Shown here piece by piece: positions 8,969 to 18,783 of a stretch of 64,000 bases of DNA. The DNA is taken from positions 5,248,001 through 5,312,000 of the forward strand of contig OZ241362.1 of the NCBI GenBank assembly GCA_965200315.1. Reading direction: 5' to 3'. The translations under genes and the position numbers were made by a program. This stretch comes from Candidatus Latescibacterota bacterium. Lineage in GTDB: Bacteria > Latescibacterota > UBA2968 > UBA8231. A model generated the notes under the pieces. That model had not been told where the DNA came from, did not search any database, and saw nothing but the letters and a program-made list of their open reading frames with translations. The stretch's first letter is position 1, and each line of letters begins with the position of its first letter.

Positions 8969-11638
8969 ATGCTTAAATTCGTTGCCAAAATCGCCCTCGT
9001 CGCCCTCGTCGCCCTCATCGCCGCAGAAGTCGGCGCGGCCCCCCTGCAAGACGTCGTCCCCTCAACCGGGCACATCCACGCCCTGACCATCTTCGCGCAT
9101 TTTGCTGATGAAGGCGGCTTGGGCCGTGCGGTCCCGTCTTTTGCGGCGAAGATTTTCGCCGAGCAGCCGGGCAGCCTAACCCACTTCTTCCGCGAGATGT
9201 CGCGCGGGCAGTTTGAACTCACCGGCGAGGTGCTGCCCCGCTGGTACGCGTCCCGCAGCAATGCCGCGGTGTACGCGGGCGCAGAAGGCGGGTATGGTCG
9301 CTTTGCCCGCGAGATAATTCAGGCCGTTGATGCCGACGTGGACTTTAGCCGCTACGACAACGACGGCCCCGACGGGGTGCCCAACTCCGGCGACGACGAT
9401 GGGTACGTGGATTTTATTTTTATCATCTCGGCCTCGACCCCAACGGGCTTTATCGTCGAAGAGGCCACAGGTATTGCTCGGCTCGGATTGGGCAACGATT
9501 TTGTGAGCCAAGACCGCGCCCTCCGCGGCGGTTTCATCCGGGTCGGCTCGAACAAAGGTGCTGTCCAGCGCGGCCGGTCTTTTGTCGAGTCCGTAGGCAG
9601 CATGGCCCACGAGTTTGGGCACGTTATCGGCCTGCCCGACCTGTACGACCGCGATCTTGGATCCGAGCCGGACCACGACTCGGGGGGCATTGGCTATTGG
9701 GGCTTGATGGGGCACGGCAATCGCGGCTGGGGCGAGGTAGATGGCCCCAACCCCTTCTGCGCGTGGAGTTTGGGGCAACTCGGCTGGCTGGGGGTAAACA
9801 ACCAACAGCTCAAAGTGCTGAGCGAGGACCAAAACGACGTGGTTTTTGCCGATGTCAACGCGGGTGGCGATGTGTATTTGCTGCCCGCGCCCGCGCCCGC
9901 CGAGCACTTTTTTCTCGTGGAGTTCCGCAGCCGGCAGCACAGCTACTACGAGCGCAATCTGCCCGGTGAAGGCTTGCTGATCTGGCGCATAAATCCCACT
10001 CGCTACGGCAATAATATGGAAGCCATCAAACAGGTGGACTTAGTGTGTGCCGATGGGCTTTTTAGGGATGCGGGCTTCCCCTTAGGCCGCGCGACAGCCC
10101 CGTTTAATGGTCGCGACAACCTCGACTTTTGGGCGCACGATGTGCGCTATCGCACGGATTTTGGCGGCAACCTTGGAGACGCCACCGACGTGTTTGACGG
10201 CGAGCAATTTACCGACTTCTGGGCCGCGTCCAACCCGGCGTCCACGACGGGGATTAGCGTGACTAATATCCGCCGTGCGGGCGATCGGATGGTGGCCGAT
10301 CTGAAGCTGCAAGACCGCCGTCGCGCCGGTCCGATTGCCGACATGGAAATCTGGCGCGACCGCATTGAAATCGTCGGCGACGTGACCGTTTTGCCCGGCG
10401 GGCACCTCGATGTCAGCGCTGGTGCGCAGGTGCAGGTGGGGCCGGACGCGCTGGCTGCGGGTGCGGATACGGCCCGCGTGGAACTGATAGTGTACGGCGA
10501 TCTCTTCATCGGCGTTTCGGGGCAGGGGCAAACCGCCTTCCACTCGGCCGCCGCCGACCCGCAGCCTGGAGATTGGCACGGCATCGTGCTGCACCCCACT
10601 GCCACGGCCTATTTGCGCAGCGTCTTCATCGACCATGCCCACTATGGCCTATTGTCCGAGGAAATCGGCCACACTATTACCTTGGAAGATGTGACGATCC
10701 GCCACCCCAGTGCGGACGGCATTCGCTTAGAAAAGGTCGAAGAGGAGATTCTCTTCGAGCGCGTACACGTCGAGGAAGCAGGTGGAGTGGGGATTTGGAT
10801 CGCTGGCCCAGGCTTGACGCGGATAAACCAAGCTGAACTACGCGACAATGGCCGCGCTGGCCTCTGGCGCGAGGGCGGATTTTTGTCGTTGCTCGATACC
10901 CGTTTCAACACCAACGGCTCGGGTGCGCCTGAGGAAGCCAACTTGGTCTTGGGGCGGGGGACCAGCGGCAAGGTGGCGGGCAATTCGTTTACCGGTGGGA
11001 TTGGGATTTACTGTGTGGAGACGCGAGAAGTCGAAATTGAGGGCAACGTGCTGTACAATCACGAAGTTGGCCTTTGGACTAGAAATGCGCGCCCGCGCAT
11101 TGTGCGCAATCGATTTTTCCGCAATGCGTTGGCCCTGCGGATGGAGGGGAGCGTGGTACCGACACGGCTGGTTTTGAACGGCGTCCAAGAGGGTGAGCAA
11201 TTGATCGACAACCAAACAAATCAACCGTTGCAGGCAATTAACAATTGGTGGGGGAACGAGGACGAGAGCTGGATTGCAGCCCGGATCAGCGGCGATGTCA
11301 ACTGGCGGCCCTTCCTCAACTTCGACCCGCGCATGCCATTGGACTTTGCCTTGGGGCAGAATTACCCCAACCCGTTCAACGTGGGTACGCAAATCGACTA
11401 TCAGATTGGGATCAACGACCCCATTGTCGCTGGCCAGACCATGGTCGAGCTGGAAGTCCGCACCTTGACCGGCGGTTTGGTGCGGCACTTGGTGGAGGGG
11501 CTGGCGGCGCCGGGGTTGTACAGCACTTCTTGGGATGGCCGCGACGAGCGGGGCGAGCGCGTGGCCAGCGGCATGTATTATTATATATTGCGCGTCGGGC
11601 CGATCTCCCGCGCTAATAAGATGATTTTTATCAAATGA
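8969..11638 (+). CDS. M6 (immune inhibitor A-like) metalloprotease with right-handed beta-helix and T9SS type A/FlgD-like C-terminal domain
   Basis: Signal peptide; DFSRYDNDG, HEFGHVIGLPDLY zinc motif, WGLMG; parallel beta-helix repeats; LGQNYPNPFN...WDGRDERG..VASGMYYY. Confidence 0.88.
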   Translation: MLKFVAKIALVALVALIAAEVGAAPLQDVVPSTGHIHALTIFAHFADEGGLGRAVPSFAAKIFAEQPGSLTHFFREMSRGQFELTGEVLPRWYASRSNAAVYAGAEGGYGRFAREIIQAVDADVDFSRYDNDGPDGVPNSGDDDGYVDFIFIISASTPTGFIVEEATGIARLGLGNDFVSQDRALRGGFIRVGSNKGAVQRGRSFVESVGSMAHEFGHVIGLPDLYDRDLGSEPDHDSGGIGYWGLMGHGNRGWGEVDGPNPFCAWSLGQLGWLGVNNQQLKVLSEDQNDVVFADVNAGGDVYLLPAPAPAEHFFLVEFRSRQHSYYERNLPGEGLLIWRINPTRYGNNMEAIKQVDLVCADGLFRDAGFPLGRATAPFNGRDNLDFWAHDVRYRTDFGGNLGDATDVFDGEQFTDFWAASNPASTTGISVTNIRRAGDRMVADLKLQDRRRAGPIADMEIWRDRIEIVGDVTVLPGGHLDVSAGAQVQVGPDALAAGADTARVELIVYGDLFIGVSGQGQTAFHSAAADPQPGDWHGIVLHPTATAYLRSVFIDHAHYGLLSEEIGHTITLEDVTIRHPSADGIRLEKVEEEILFERVHVEEAGGVGIWIAGPGLTRINQAELRDNGRAGLWREGGFLSLLDTRFNTNGSGAPEEANLVLGRGTSGKVAGNSFTGGIGIYCVETREVEIEGNVLYNHEVGLWTRNARPRIVRNRFFRNALALRMEGSVVPTRLVLNGVQEGEQLIDNQTNQPLQAINNWWGNEDESWIAARISGDVNWRPFLNFDPRMPLDFALGQNYPNPFNVGTQIDYQIGINDPIVAGQTMVELEVRTLTGGLVRHLVEGLAAPGLYSTSWDGRDERGERVASGMYYYILRVGPISRANKMIFIK

Positions 11639-13194
11639 AAATCGAGGCGGATTATCTCGTTCTCGGCAGCGGTATTGCCGGTTTGTTCTTTGCTCTCAAG
11701 GCTGCTCAGCACGGCTCCGTAGCCGTAGTGACCAAGCACGAGCGGCGCGAGTCCAATACGCAATACGCGCAAGGGGGCATTGCCGCCGCCATGGATGCGG
11801 CTGATTCAGTCGCTAGCCACACACAGGACACGCTCGCGGCAGGCGCGGGCCTGTGCGACCGCACGGTCGTCGAAGGGGTGGTGGCCGAAGGGCCGGAGGT
11901 GGTGGCCGAATTGCTGGCAATTGGTGCGGAGTTCAACCAAGCGCGGCCTAGGGTGTTGGCGCTGGGGCGCGAAGGGGGCCATGCCCATGCGCGGGTCGTA
12001 CACGCGGACGACACGACCGGCCGCGAAGTTACGCGAGCCTTGGTCTCAGCCGTGCAAGCACTGCCGCAAGTGACCTTGTACGATCACCATCTGGCTATAG
12101 ACTTAATCGTAGATGAGCAACGGCGTTGTCTCGGGGCTTGGGTATTGGATTCGCAGCAAGCCGATCCCATCGCTGCAATGGCGCCGGTTACGCTGCTGGC
12201 CACGGGTGGCTGTGGGCAGGCTTTTTTGCACACCACCAATCCGCGCGTAGCTTCTGGCGATGGGGTCGCTATGGCGTGGCGGGCTGGCGCGAGGGTGGGC
12301 AACATGGAGTTTATGCAGTTCCACCCGACCATGCTCTACGATCCGGGGCGCCCATCGTTCTTGATTACCGAGGCTTTGCGCGGGTTTGGTGCCGTGCTGA
12401 TCGACGAGCGCGGCGCGGCGTTCACCGATCCGTTGCAGACGCGCGATGTGGTGTCGCGGGCCATTGTCGCGCAGATGCAGCAAAGCGGTGCCGAGTGCGT
12501 CTATTTGGATGTCACCGGCCAAGATGCCGACCAGACCCGCCGCCGCTTTCCCAACATCTATCGGCATTGTCTGGGGATGGGAGTAGAAATGACCAAGACG
12601 CCGATCCCGGTGGTGCCGGCGGCCCACTATAGTTGCGGTGGGGTGTGGACGGACGCGCACGGCCAGACGGATATCGCGGGTCTATACGCGGCCGGCGAGG
12701 TGGCTATGAGTGGGTTTCAAGGGGCCAATCGGCTGGCGAGTAATTCGCTGTTGGAAGGGTTGGTTTTTGCGCGCCGTGCGGCCGAGTACGCCCGTGCTGT
12801 CGCGCCCGTGGCTGGGGGTCGGTTCGAGATGGAGCAGGCGGGTGATGCTGTTGCGCCTGCTGAGCTGGAGGAGCGGCGGGAGTGGCTGCGGCGCTTGATG
12901 TGGGACGAAGTGGGGATCGTGCGCAGCGACTGCGGCTTGGCGCAGGCTCAGCAGGAGACGGAGCGGCTGGCGCGAGAAGTTGAAGCGTTGTACAGCAGTC
13001 AGCGGCTCGACGCCGAGCTTGTCCAGCTACGCAGCTTGGCGACCGTGGCTCAGCTCATTGCCCGCTCGGCGCGGCAGCGCTTGGAAAGCCGCGGCGTCCA
13101 CTACAACTGCGACCATCCCGTACGCGACGATGCCCGCTGGCAGCGGCCGACGCTGTTGGTGAGGGATCGGGCCGCGGCGTCAAAAATACACTAA
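11635..13194 (+). CDS. nadB: L-aspartate oxidase
   Basis: GSGIAG, SNTQYAQGGIA, REGGH, QFHPT, LITEALRG, PAAHY, GANRLASNSLLEG, ESRGVH. Confidence 0.95.
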   Translation: MKIEADYLVLGSGIAGLFFALKAAQHGSVAVVTKHERRESNTQYAQGGIAAAMDAADSVASHTQDTLAAGAGLCDRTVVEGVVAEGPEVVAELLAIGAEFNQARPRVLALGREGGHAHARVVHADDTTGREVTRALVSAVQALPQVTLYDHHLAIDLIVDEQRRCLGAWVLDSQQADPIAAMAPVTLLATGGCGQAFLHTTNPRVASGDGVAMAWRAGARVGNMEFMQFHPTMLYDPGRPSFLITEALRGFGAVLIDERGAAFTDPLQTRDVVSRAIVAQMQQSGAECVYLDVTGQDADQTRRRFPNIYRHCLGMGVEMTKTPIPVVPAAHYSCGGVWTDAHGQTDIAGLYAAGEVAMSGFQGANRLASNSLLEGLVFARRAAEYARAVAPVAGGRFEMEQAGDAVAPAELEERREWLRRLMWDEVGIVRSDCGLAQAQQETERLAREVEALYSSQRLDAELVQLRSLATVAQLIARSARQRLESRGVHYNCDHPVRDDARWQRPTLLVRDRAAASKIH

Positions 13195-13284
13195 CGCTGC
13201 TACTTCATCTAATAGACCCCGGACGTAAATCAGTGTTAGGGACAACAAGAGCGCGTCCGTTCGTTCCGGGCGCTCATTGGCCAC

Positions 13285-14559
13285 CTAGGCTTTCGCCACG
13301 CGGTGCCAACACCAGCCGAGCAAGAGCAGCCCCAACCCGCTGAGCCAGATCGTGCGCTCGACGAAAAACGCCAATCCGAGACAGGCGATTAGGCCCACTA
13401 TGGCTATCCACCGGGGGTAGAGCCGTTGGGCGGCTGGCAAGCGCAGGGCGCAGAAGTTGGTGATGGCGTAATAGACCAGAATGGTGAAGGCGCTAAAGGA
13501 CCAAGTGGTCTTGATGTTGCCTATGAGGACCAGCCCGGCGATGGCCAGCCCGACGACCACCACGGCAATAGAGGGCGTAGTCTGAGCCCGATTGAGACGG
13601 GCAAGCACCCGGGGCATATCCCCGCGGCGGCCCATAGCGAGCAGGACCCGCGATAGACCGAGGATTAGGTTGAGCAGTACCCCGGCCATAGCGGTGATCG
13701 CTCCCAAGGCTAGGAGCCAAGAGACGCCGGGCGCACCAAAGTTCTCGGCGATGACCTTTAGGGGAGCGGCTTTCTCCATCGTGGCCGCGTAAAATGCCTC
13801 CGACCCTACGGAGGCTATGGCGATGGCACCGACGCCGATGTAGAACATCATGGCGATGAGCAGCGCGGCGACGATGGCGCGGGGGATCGTCTGGCGGGGT
13901 TGGCGCACTTCTTCGCCGAGCGTGGCGATGCGACCGTAGCCTGTATAGGCAACGAACATCAGGGCGCTGGCTTGCAACAGGGCCGACCCGCTTTGGTCCC
14001 CCAAGAAAGGGGTCAGGTGCAGGTTGTGCAGGGCGCTAGGCGTACCGGCGATGACGAAGGCGAGTAGCGAGCAAAGCGTCGCGGCGACGATGGCGATGTT
14101 GACCTTGTTGGTGCGGTTGATGCCCAAGAGGGCGATGAGGGTGAGTGCCAGCACGGCGGCCAAGGCACCCGGGGTAATAGATGCGGCCTGATCTAGCGAG
14201 TTGAGCAGGTAGCCGGCTAGTCCGAGTGCCGCAGTGGCCGCAGTCGCGCTCTTGGCGCAGATGAACATCCACCCGGCGGTAAAGCCGATGGCTGGTGAAG
14301 CGTACTCATAGCCGTACTGGTAGGTGCCGCCGCTGAGCGGATGGCTGGCGGCTAGCTGGGCGCTAGACAGGCCGTTGCAGAGGGCGACCAGCGCCGCGAT
14401 GGCAATGGCGACGAGGACCGCCGGGCCAGCGATGCCAGCGCCAATCCCAATACTGACAAAGACGCCGGTGCCGACGATCGAACCCAAGCCGAGGGCAATG
14501 GTGCCGATTAGGCCCAACTCGGGACGCAGGCGTGCGGATGGGGTGGGTGTGGAAGTCAT
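13285..14559 (-). CDS. APC family amino acid permease
   Basis: GSIVGTGVF, SGGTY, FVAYTGYGRIATLGEE; multiple hydrophobic TM segments. Confidence 0.9.
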   Translation of the reverse strand: MTSTPTPSARLRPELGLIGTIALGLGSIVGTGVFVSIGIGAGIAGPAVLVAIAIAALVALCNGLSSAQLAASHPLSGGTYQYGYEYASPAIGFTAGWMFICAKSATAATAALGLAGYLLNSLDQAASITPGALAAVLALTLIALLGINRTNKVNIAIVAATLCSLLAFVIAGTPSALHNLHLTPFLGDQSGSALLQASALMFVAYTGYGRIATLGEEVRQPRQTIPRAIVAALLIAMMFYIGVGAIAIASVGSEAFYAATMEKAAPLKVIAENFGAPGVSWLLALGAITAMAGVLLNLILGLSRVLLAMGRRGDMPRVLARLNRAQTTPSIAVVVVGLAIAGLVLIGNIKTTWSFSAFTILVYYAITNFCALRLPAAQRLYPRWIAIVGLIACLGLAFFVERTIWLSGLGLLLLGWCWHRVAKA

Positions 14560-14705
14560 GCGATCAAATCAAATATAGTCTGGCGGTTCGCTCGCATCCT
14601 ATCAGTCCGTTTACTAACAGCGAAAAAGCCAACGCGCCTTGACTATGTACTTAAAGCCCCTTTACGTACTATTTACCACTCATTAACCAACTGCGGGAAG
14701 AAATC

Positions 14706-14804
14706 ATGATCCGAATATCATCATTTGTTCTAGTTGCGATGGGGCTGCTCGGTGGAGCAGAAAAAGCTGCTGCTACCGCAAGGAATATAGTAGAGGTAGC
14801 CTGA
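14706..14804 (+). pseudogene. 32-aa ORF, possible N-terminal remnant of a secreted (fasciclin-like) protein
   Basis: MIRISSFVLVAMGLLGGAEKAAATARNIVEVA*: signal peptide followed by NIVEVA, then a stop. Confidence 0.3.
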
Positions 14805-14821
14805 AAGGGCAGGTGTAAACC

Positions 14822-16627
14822 TTGAGCATCGTCGTCCTCGACTTCGGAGGGCAGTACGCCCACCTGATCGCCAATCGCCTGCGCCGCCTCCGCGTCCATG
14901 CTGAGATCCGCTCGCCAGAGACAGAAGTCGCCGATTTGCAAGACGCCGACGGGCTGATTCTGTCGGGCGGACCGGCCAGTGTCTACGACCCGCAAGCCCC
15001 GGCGTACAATCCCGATATTTTGGCGATGGACAAGCCGATGCTGGGCTTGTGCTACGGCCACCAACTGCTCTGCCACCGCTTGGGCGGCCAAGTTGAGCGG
15101 GGGGCGATCCACGAGTTTGGCGCGGCCTATCTGCACGTCCACAAGGCCGAGGGCGTACTGGCCGGGTTAGACGCACGCGAGCGGGTGTGGATGAGCCATC
15201 GCGACCACGTCGCAGCCCTGCCGCCCGGGTTTGCCGTCTTGGGCGCGACCGAGGCTTGCCCGGTGGCGGCCATGGGCAATGCCGAGCGCAAGATATACGG
15301 CTTGCAGTTCCATCCAGAAGTAACCCACACTGTCCGGGGCATGGACATCCTCGACAACTTTGCCGCGCTGTGTGGCGCAGCGCAAAACTGGACGATGGAG
15401 CGCTACGCCGAGCAGGCCATAGCGCGGATTCAAAAGCAGGCGAAGGGGCGCAACGTCTTTTTGTTCGTCAGCGGCGGGGTTGATTCGTCGGTGGCGTTTC
15501 TCCTGCTCAACCGCGCCTTGGGTGCCGAGCGGGTGCTGGGCTTGCACATTGACAACGGCTTTATGCGCGAGGGCGAGACCGCGCTGGTCGAGCAGCTGAT
15601 GAAGGGGGCCGGCCTGCACAATCTGGAGGTTGTCGATGCCAGCGCGGAATTCCTCGCCGCCACCGAAGGAATTGCCGACCCGGAAGAAAAGCGGCGGCGG
15701 ATCGGCGAGGAGTTCATCCGCGTCCGCGACCGGGCGCTGGCGGCGCTGGCGCTGGACCCGGACGAGTGGTTGTTGGGCCAAGGGACGCTCTACACGGATA
15801 CCATCGAGTCCGGCGGCACGGAAAACTCAGCGGTCATCAAGACTCATCACAACCGCGTCGGCGTCATCGATCAGCTCTTGGCCGCGGGCAAGGTAGTCGA
15901 GCCGCTGGACCAGCTCTACAAGGATGAGGCGCGCACCTTGGGAGAGACGCTCGGCTTGCCGCACCATTTGGTTTGGCGGCATCCGTTCCCAGGGCCGGGG
16001 CTGGCGGTCCGGGTCTTGTGCAGCGAGGGGCGAGACGCAGAGAATGCCGGTGGCGACTTAGCTCGCGAAACAATCGCCGAGGCTCAGCAGGTGGCGGAGA
16101 CATTTGGTCTGGTGCTTGATGTGTTGCCGTTGCGCAGCGTCGGCGTGCAGGGCGATGGGCGCACCTACGCGCATCCAGCGGTGGTCACTGGTCAGCGCGA
16201 ATGGAAAACGCTGGAGGCCCTGTCCACTGAGCTGACTAATCACTTCCCGTCGATCAATCGGGTGATCTACTTGCTGGGGCCGACGCCGCGGCCGCAGCAA
16301 AACATCAAAGCGGGATATTTGACCCGCGACCGGCTCGATCTCCTGCGTCGGGCCGATGCCATCAGCATGGAGGCGCTGGAACGCCACGAGCTGATGGAGG
16401 AAGTAACCCAGATGCCGACAGTGCTCCTGCCGCTGTCGTCGGATGGAGTGCAAGAGAGCGTGGTGCTGCGGCCGATAGCGACTTCCGACTTTATGACCGC
16501 GCGCTTTTGCCCATTGCCACAAGCGTTTTTGGACGACGTGTGCCAGCGGCTGTTGGCGCTAGCGGGGATTGAAGCGGTCTTCTACGACATTACCCACAAG
16601 CCGCCGGGCACTGTGGAGTGGGAGTGA
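14822..16627 (+). CDS. guaA: GMP synthase (glutamine-hydrolysing)
   Basis: LDFGGQY, SGGPASV, GLCYGHQ, QFHPEV, SGGVDS, IKTHHN, RHPFPGPGL, KPPGTVEWE. Confidence 0.97.
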   Translation: MSIVVLDFGGQYAHLIANRLRRLRVHAEIRSPETEVADLQDADGLILSGGPASVYDPQAPAYNPDILAMDKPMLGLCYGHQLLCHRLGGQVERGAIHEFGAAYLHVHKAEGVLAGLDARERVWMSHRDHVAALPPGFAVLGATEACPVAAMGNAERKIYGLQFHPEVTHTVRGMDILDNFAALCGAAQNWTMERYAEQAIARIQKQAKGRNVFLFVSGGVDSSVAFLLLNRALGAERVLGLHIDNGFMREGETALVEQLMKGAGLHNLEVVDASAEFLAATEGIADPEEKRRRIGEEFIRVRDRALAALALDPDEWLLGQGTLYTDTIESGGTENSAVIKTHHNRVGVIDQLLAAGKVVEPLDQLYKDEARTLGETLGLPHHLVWRHPFPGPGLAVRVLCSEGRDAENAGGDLARETIAEAQQVAETFGLVLDVLPLRSVGVQGDGRTYAHPAVVTGQREWKTLEALSTELTNHFPSINRVIYLLGPTPRPQQNIKAGYLTRDRLDLLRRADAISMEALERHELMEEVTQMPTVLLPLSSDGVQESVVLRPIATSDFMTARFCPLPQAFLDDVCQRLLALAGIEAVFYDITHKPPGTVEWE

Positions 16628-16633
16628 GCAAGC

Positions 16634-17337
16634 GTGTTCGACACCAGCATTCTCGACGAAGCCATAAGGGCGCGCCGCCAGAAGCTAGCGGCCGAGCAAG
16701 CCGAGTTGCTCGCCGGTGTTCGTCGCACCCTATTGGAACTGCGGAAGCCTCTCGGAATTGAGGCGGCGTACATTGTGGGCTCGCTGCGGTCGCCAGATTC
16801 TTGGCGCGAGTCGTCCGGCAAAGAGGTGGACGTAATCGACCTCGACCAGCATCCTTCCCCCAATCCTTTGCGCAGTCTGGAGTCGAGGTCTATGGACTCG
16901 AAGCGGAACTACGAGCGCGTTTACGAGACATCAGTCGCATCAACGGTCGCATTGAGGAACGCCTAGGCGCGTTTACCCGTAGTGCCGAAGGGGTGGACAG
17001 CATGGGATACCAGCTCCACAATCTCTATGGCGCGTTTGAGCAGTTGTTCGAGGAAGTTGCGCGATTCTTTGAGAGTCGAATCGAAGGGATTCAGCATCGC
17101 GCAGAACTGATCCGGCGAATGCAGCTAGAAATCGCGGGCATCCGCCCGGCACTTCTGGCCGCAGAGACTGCTTCCGACCTAGATGAATTGCGGCGATTCC
17201 GCCATCTGTTTCGCCACGCATACGCCGCGGATTTAGAGCCCGACAAGGTGGCGGATTTAGCGGCCAAAGCCGGGCGCGTTCAGCGCACTTTTACGCAGGA
17301 CTTTGAGCGATCCTTAGCGCATTTGCGGTCTGAGTAG
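16634..17337 (+). pseudogene. Degenerate MNT (nucleotidyltransferase) / HEPN toxin-antitoxin pair
   Basis: The MNT has GS (IVGSL) but no DxD (RESS joined directly to GKEVDVIDL). The MNT tail GVEVYG is fused in frame to a start-less HEPN with LHNLY...E..F and RRFRHLFRHAY (Rx4H). Confidence 0.7.
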
Positions 17338-17338
17338 C

Positions 17339-18586
17339 TCAGCAGACGAGTGTGTACTGCTTCTTACCTCGGCGCACGATCAAGTACTTGCCGTGTAGGC
17401 CCTCTTGGCACCGCATGCTCCGCGCCAGGTCCGTGCAGCGGGTGCCGTTGATGTATATGGAGCCGTTTTGCACATCTTGGCGGGCTTGGCGCTTGGAGGG
17501 CGAGACGCCGGCCGCGACGAGCAGATCGACTAGCCCTAATTCCCCCGGACCCATCGCGTGCGTTGGCACGTCGTCAAAGCCTTCGAGGATTTCCTCCTCG
17601 GATAGTTCCTGAAATTTCCCGTAAAAGAGCGCGTCCGAGATGCGTTCGGCCCGGCGAGCAGCGTCGGCTCCGTGTACGATAGTCGTTGTTTCAGTGGCGA
17701 GGGTGCGCTGGGCCTCGCGCTGGGCAGGCTGATCGCGGACGGCCTCGGCGAGCTGGAGAATCGCGTCTTGCTCCAAGAAGGTGTACGTCTTCAGGTAGTC
17801 GATGACCTGCTGATCCTCGGCGTTGATCCAGAATTGGTAAAACTGGTAGGGCGAGGTTTTAGCGGAGTCGAGCCAGACGGTGCCCGCCTCGGTTTTGCCG
17901 AATTTGGTGCCGTCTGCTTTGGTTACGAGCGGGCAAGTCAGGCCAAAGGCTCGGTTGCCGGCCGCGCGGCGGATCAGATCGGTGCCAGCGGTGATATTGC
18001 CCCACTGGTCAGAGCCGCCGGTCTGCAACTCGCAGCCGTATTTTTCGTTGAGGGCCAAGAAGTCGTACGCCTGTAGTGCCATGTAGCTGAACTCGGTATA
18101 GGAAATGCCCGTTTCTAGGCGCGAGGCGACCGAGTCCTTGGCCAGCATGTAGGGGACTGGAAAGTGCTTGCCGACGTGGCGCATAAAGTCGATGGCCGAG
18201 AATTGGCCGAGCCAGTCGTGGTTATCGACCATGATCGCGGGGTTGGGGCCATCGAATGCGAGGAAACGCTCTAGCTGGGCTTTGACCTTCTGAGTCCACT
18301 CGGCCACGACGTCGCTGGCATTGAGCTGGCGTTCCTTGGTTTTGCCGCCTGGATCGCCAATCAGGCCGGTGCCGCCGCCAGCGAGGGCGATGACCTTGTG
18401 ACCGGCGAGCTGGAAGCGGCGCAGGAGCAGGATCGGCACGAGGTTGCCCACAGTCAGGCTGTCGGCGGTCGGATCGAAGCCATTGTAGAGCACGATCGGC
18501 CCGGTAGCGAGGCGTTCGGCGAGGCCGTTGAGGTCGGTGACTTGGTGGATCAAGCCGCGAAATTCAAGATCGGGTATGATGTTCAT
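17339..18586 (-). CDS. tyrS: Tyrosine--tRNA ligase
   Basis: GFDPTADSL, HIGH-like TVGN, EFSYMALQAYDF, GGSDQWGN, KFGKT, C-terminal S4 domain RRGKK. Confidence 0.97.
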   Translation of the reverse strand: MNIIPDLEFRGLIHQVTDLNGLAERLATGPIVLYNGFDPTADSLTVGNLVPILLLRRFQLAGHKVIALAGGGTGLIGDPGGKTKERQLNASDVVAEWTQKVKAQLERFLAFDGPNPAIMVDNHDWLGQFSAIDFMRHVGKHFPVPYMLAKDSVASRLETGISYTEFSYMALQAYDFLALNEKYGCELQTGGSDQWGNITAGTDLIRRAAGNRAFGLTCPLVTKADGTKFGKTEAGTVWLDSAKTSPYQFYQFWINAEDQQVIDYLKTYTFLEQDAILQLAEAVRDQPAQREAQRTLATETTTIVHGADAARRAERISDALFYGKFQELSEEEILEGFDDVPTHAMGPGELGLVDLLVAAGVSPSKRQARQDVQNGSIYINGTRCTDLARSMRCQEGLHGKYLIVRRGKKQYTLVC

Positions 18587-18604
18587 TGCGTTTCCTTATG
18601 GGCA

Positions 18605-18633
18605 TAAAAAAAGCCCCTGTAATCAGGGGCTTG
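18605..18633 (-). terminator. Intrinsic terminator (attenuator) immediately upstream of tyrS
   Basis: Minus strand AAGCCCCTG-ATTA-CAGGGGCTT followed by a T run, just before the tyrS RBS (AAGGA). Confidence 0.9.
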
Positions 18634-18664
18634 TAAATGCGGTTGAGACGATAAAGCGGATGTA

Positions 18665-18724
18665 CTACCCTTGTCTATGAAGCGGGGTATAATAATAGTG
18701 GCGATCAGCGAGATTCTGCATCAT
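18665..18724 (-). CDS. Putative tyrS leader peptide MMQNLADRHYYYTPLHRQG
   Basis: GGAG RBS 5 nt before ATG; TAT TAT TAT codons at 18689-18697; lies between the promoter and the terminator. Confidence 0.8.
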   Translation of the reverse strand: MMQNLADRHYYYTPLHRQG

Positions 18725-18740
18725 CCATTCTCCGCGCAAA

Positions 18741-18769
18741 AATATAACCGCGATCCCTATCCCCGTCAA
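18741..18769 (-). promoter_or_regulatory. sigma70 promoter for the leader-tyrS transcript
   Basis: TTGACG (18769-18764), 17-nt spacer, TATATT (18746-18741). Confidence 0.75.
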
Positions 18770-18783
18770 TTAAGAGGCTAACA

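Noticed and set aside
8991-9022. 9-bp repeat (TCGCCCTCG) in the M6 protease signal peptide as a phase-variation tract
   Set aside because: The unit is a multiple of 3 (ALV repeats), so copy changes would not shift the frame.
18655-18675. T-box-like AAGGGTAGTAC upstream of tyrS
   Set aside because: It has UAGU instead of the required UGGN bulge, and the leader from the predicted promoter is too short for Stem I. The leader-peptide model fits better.
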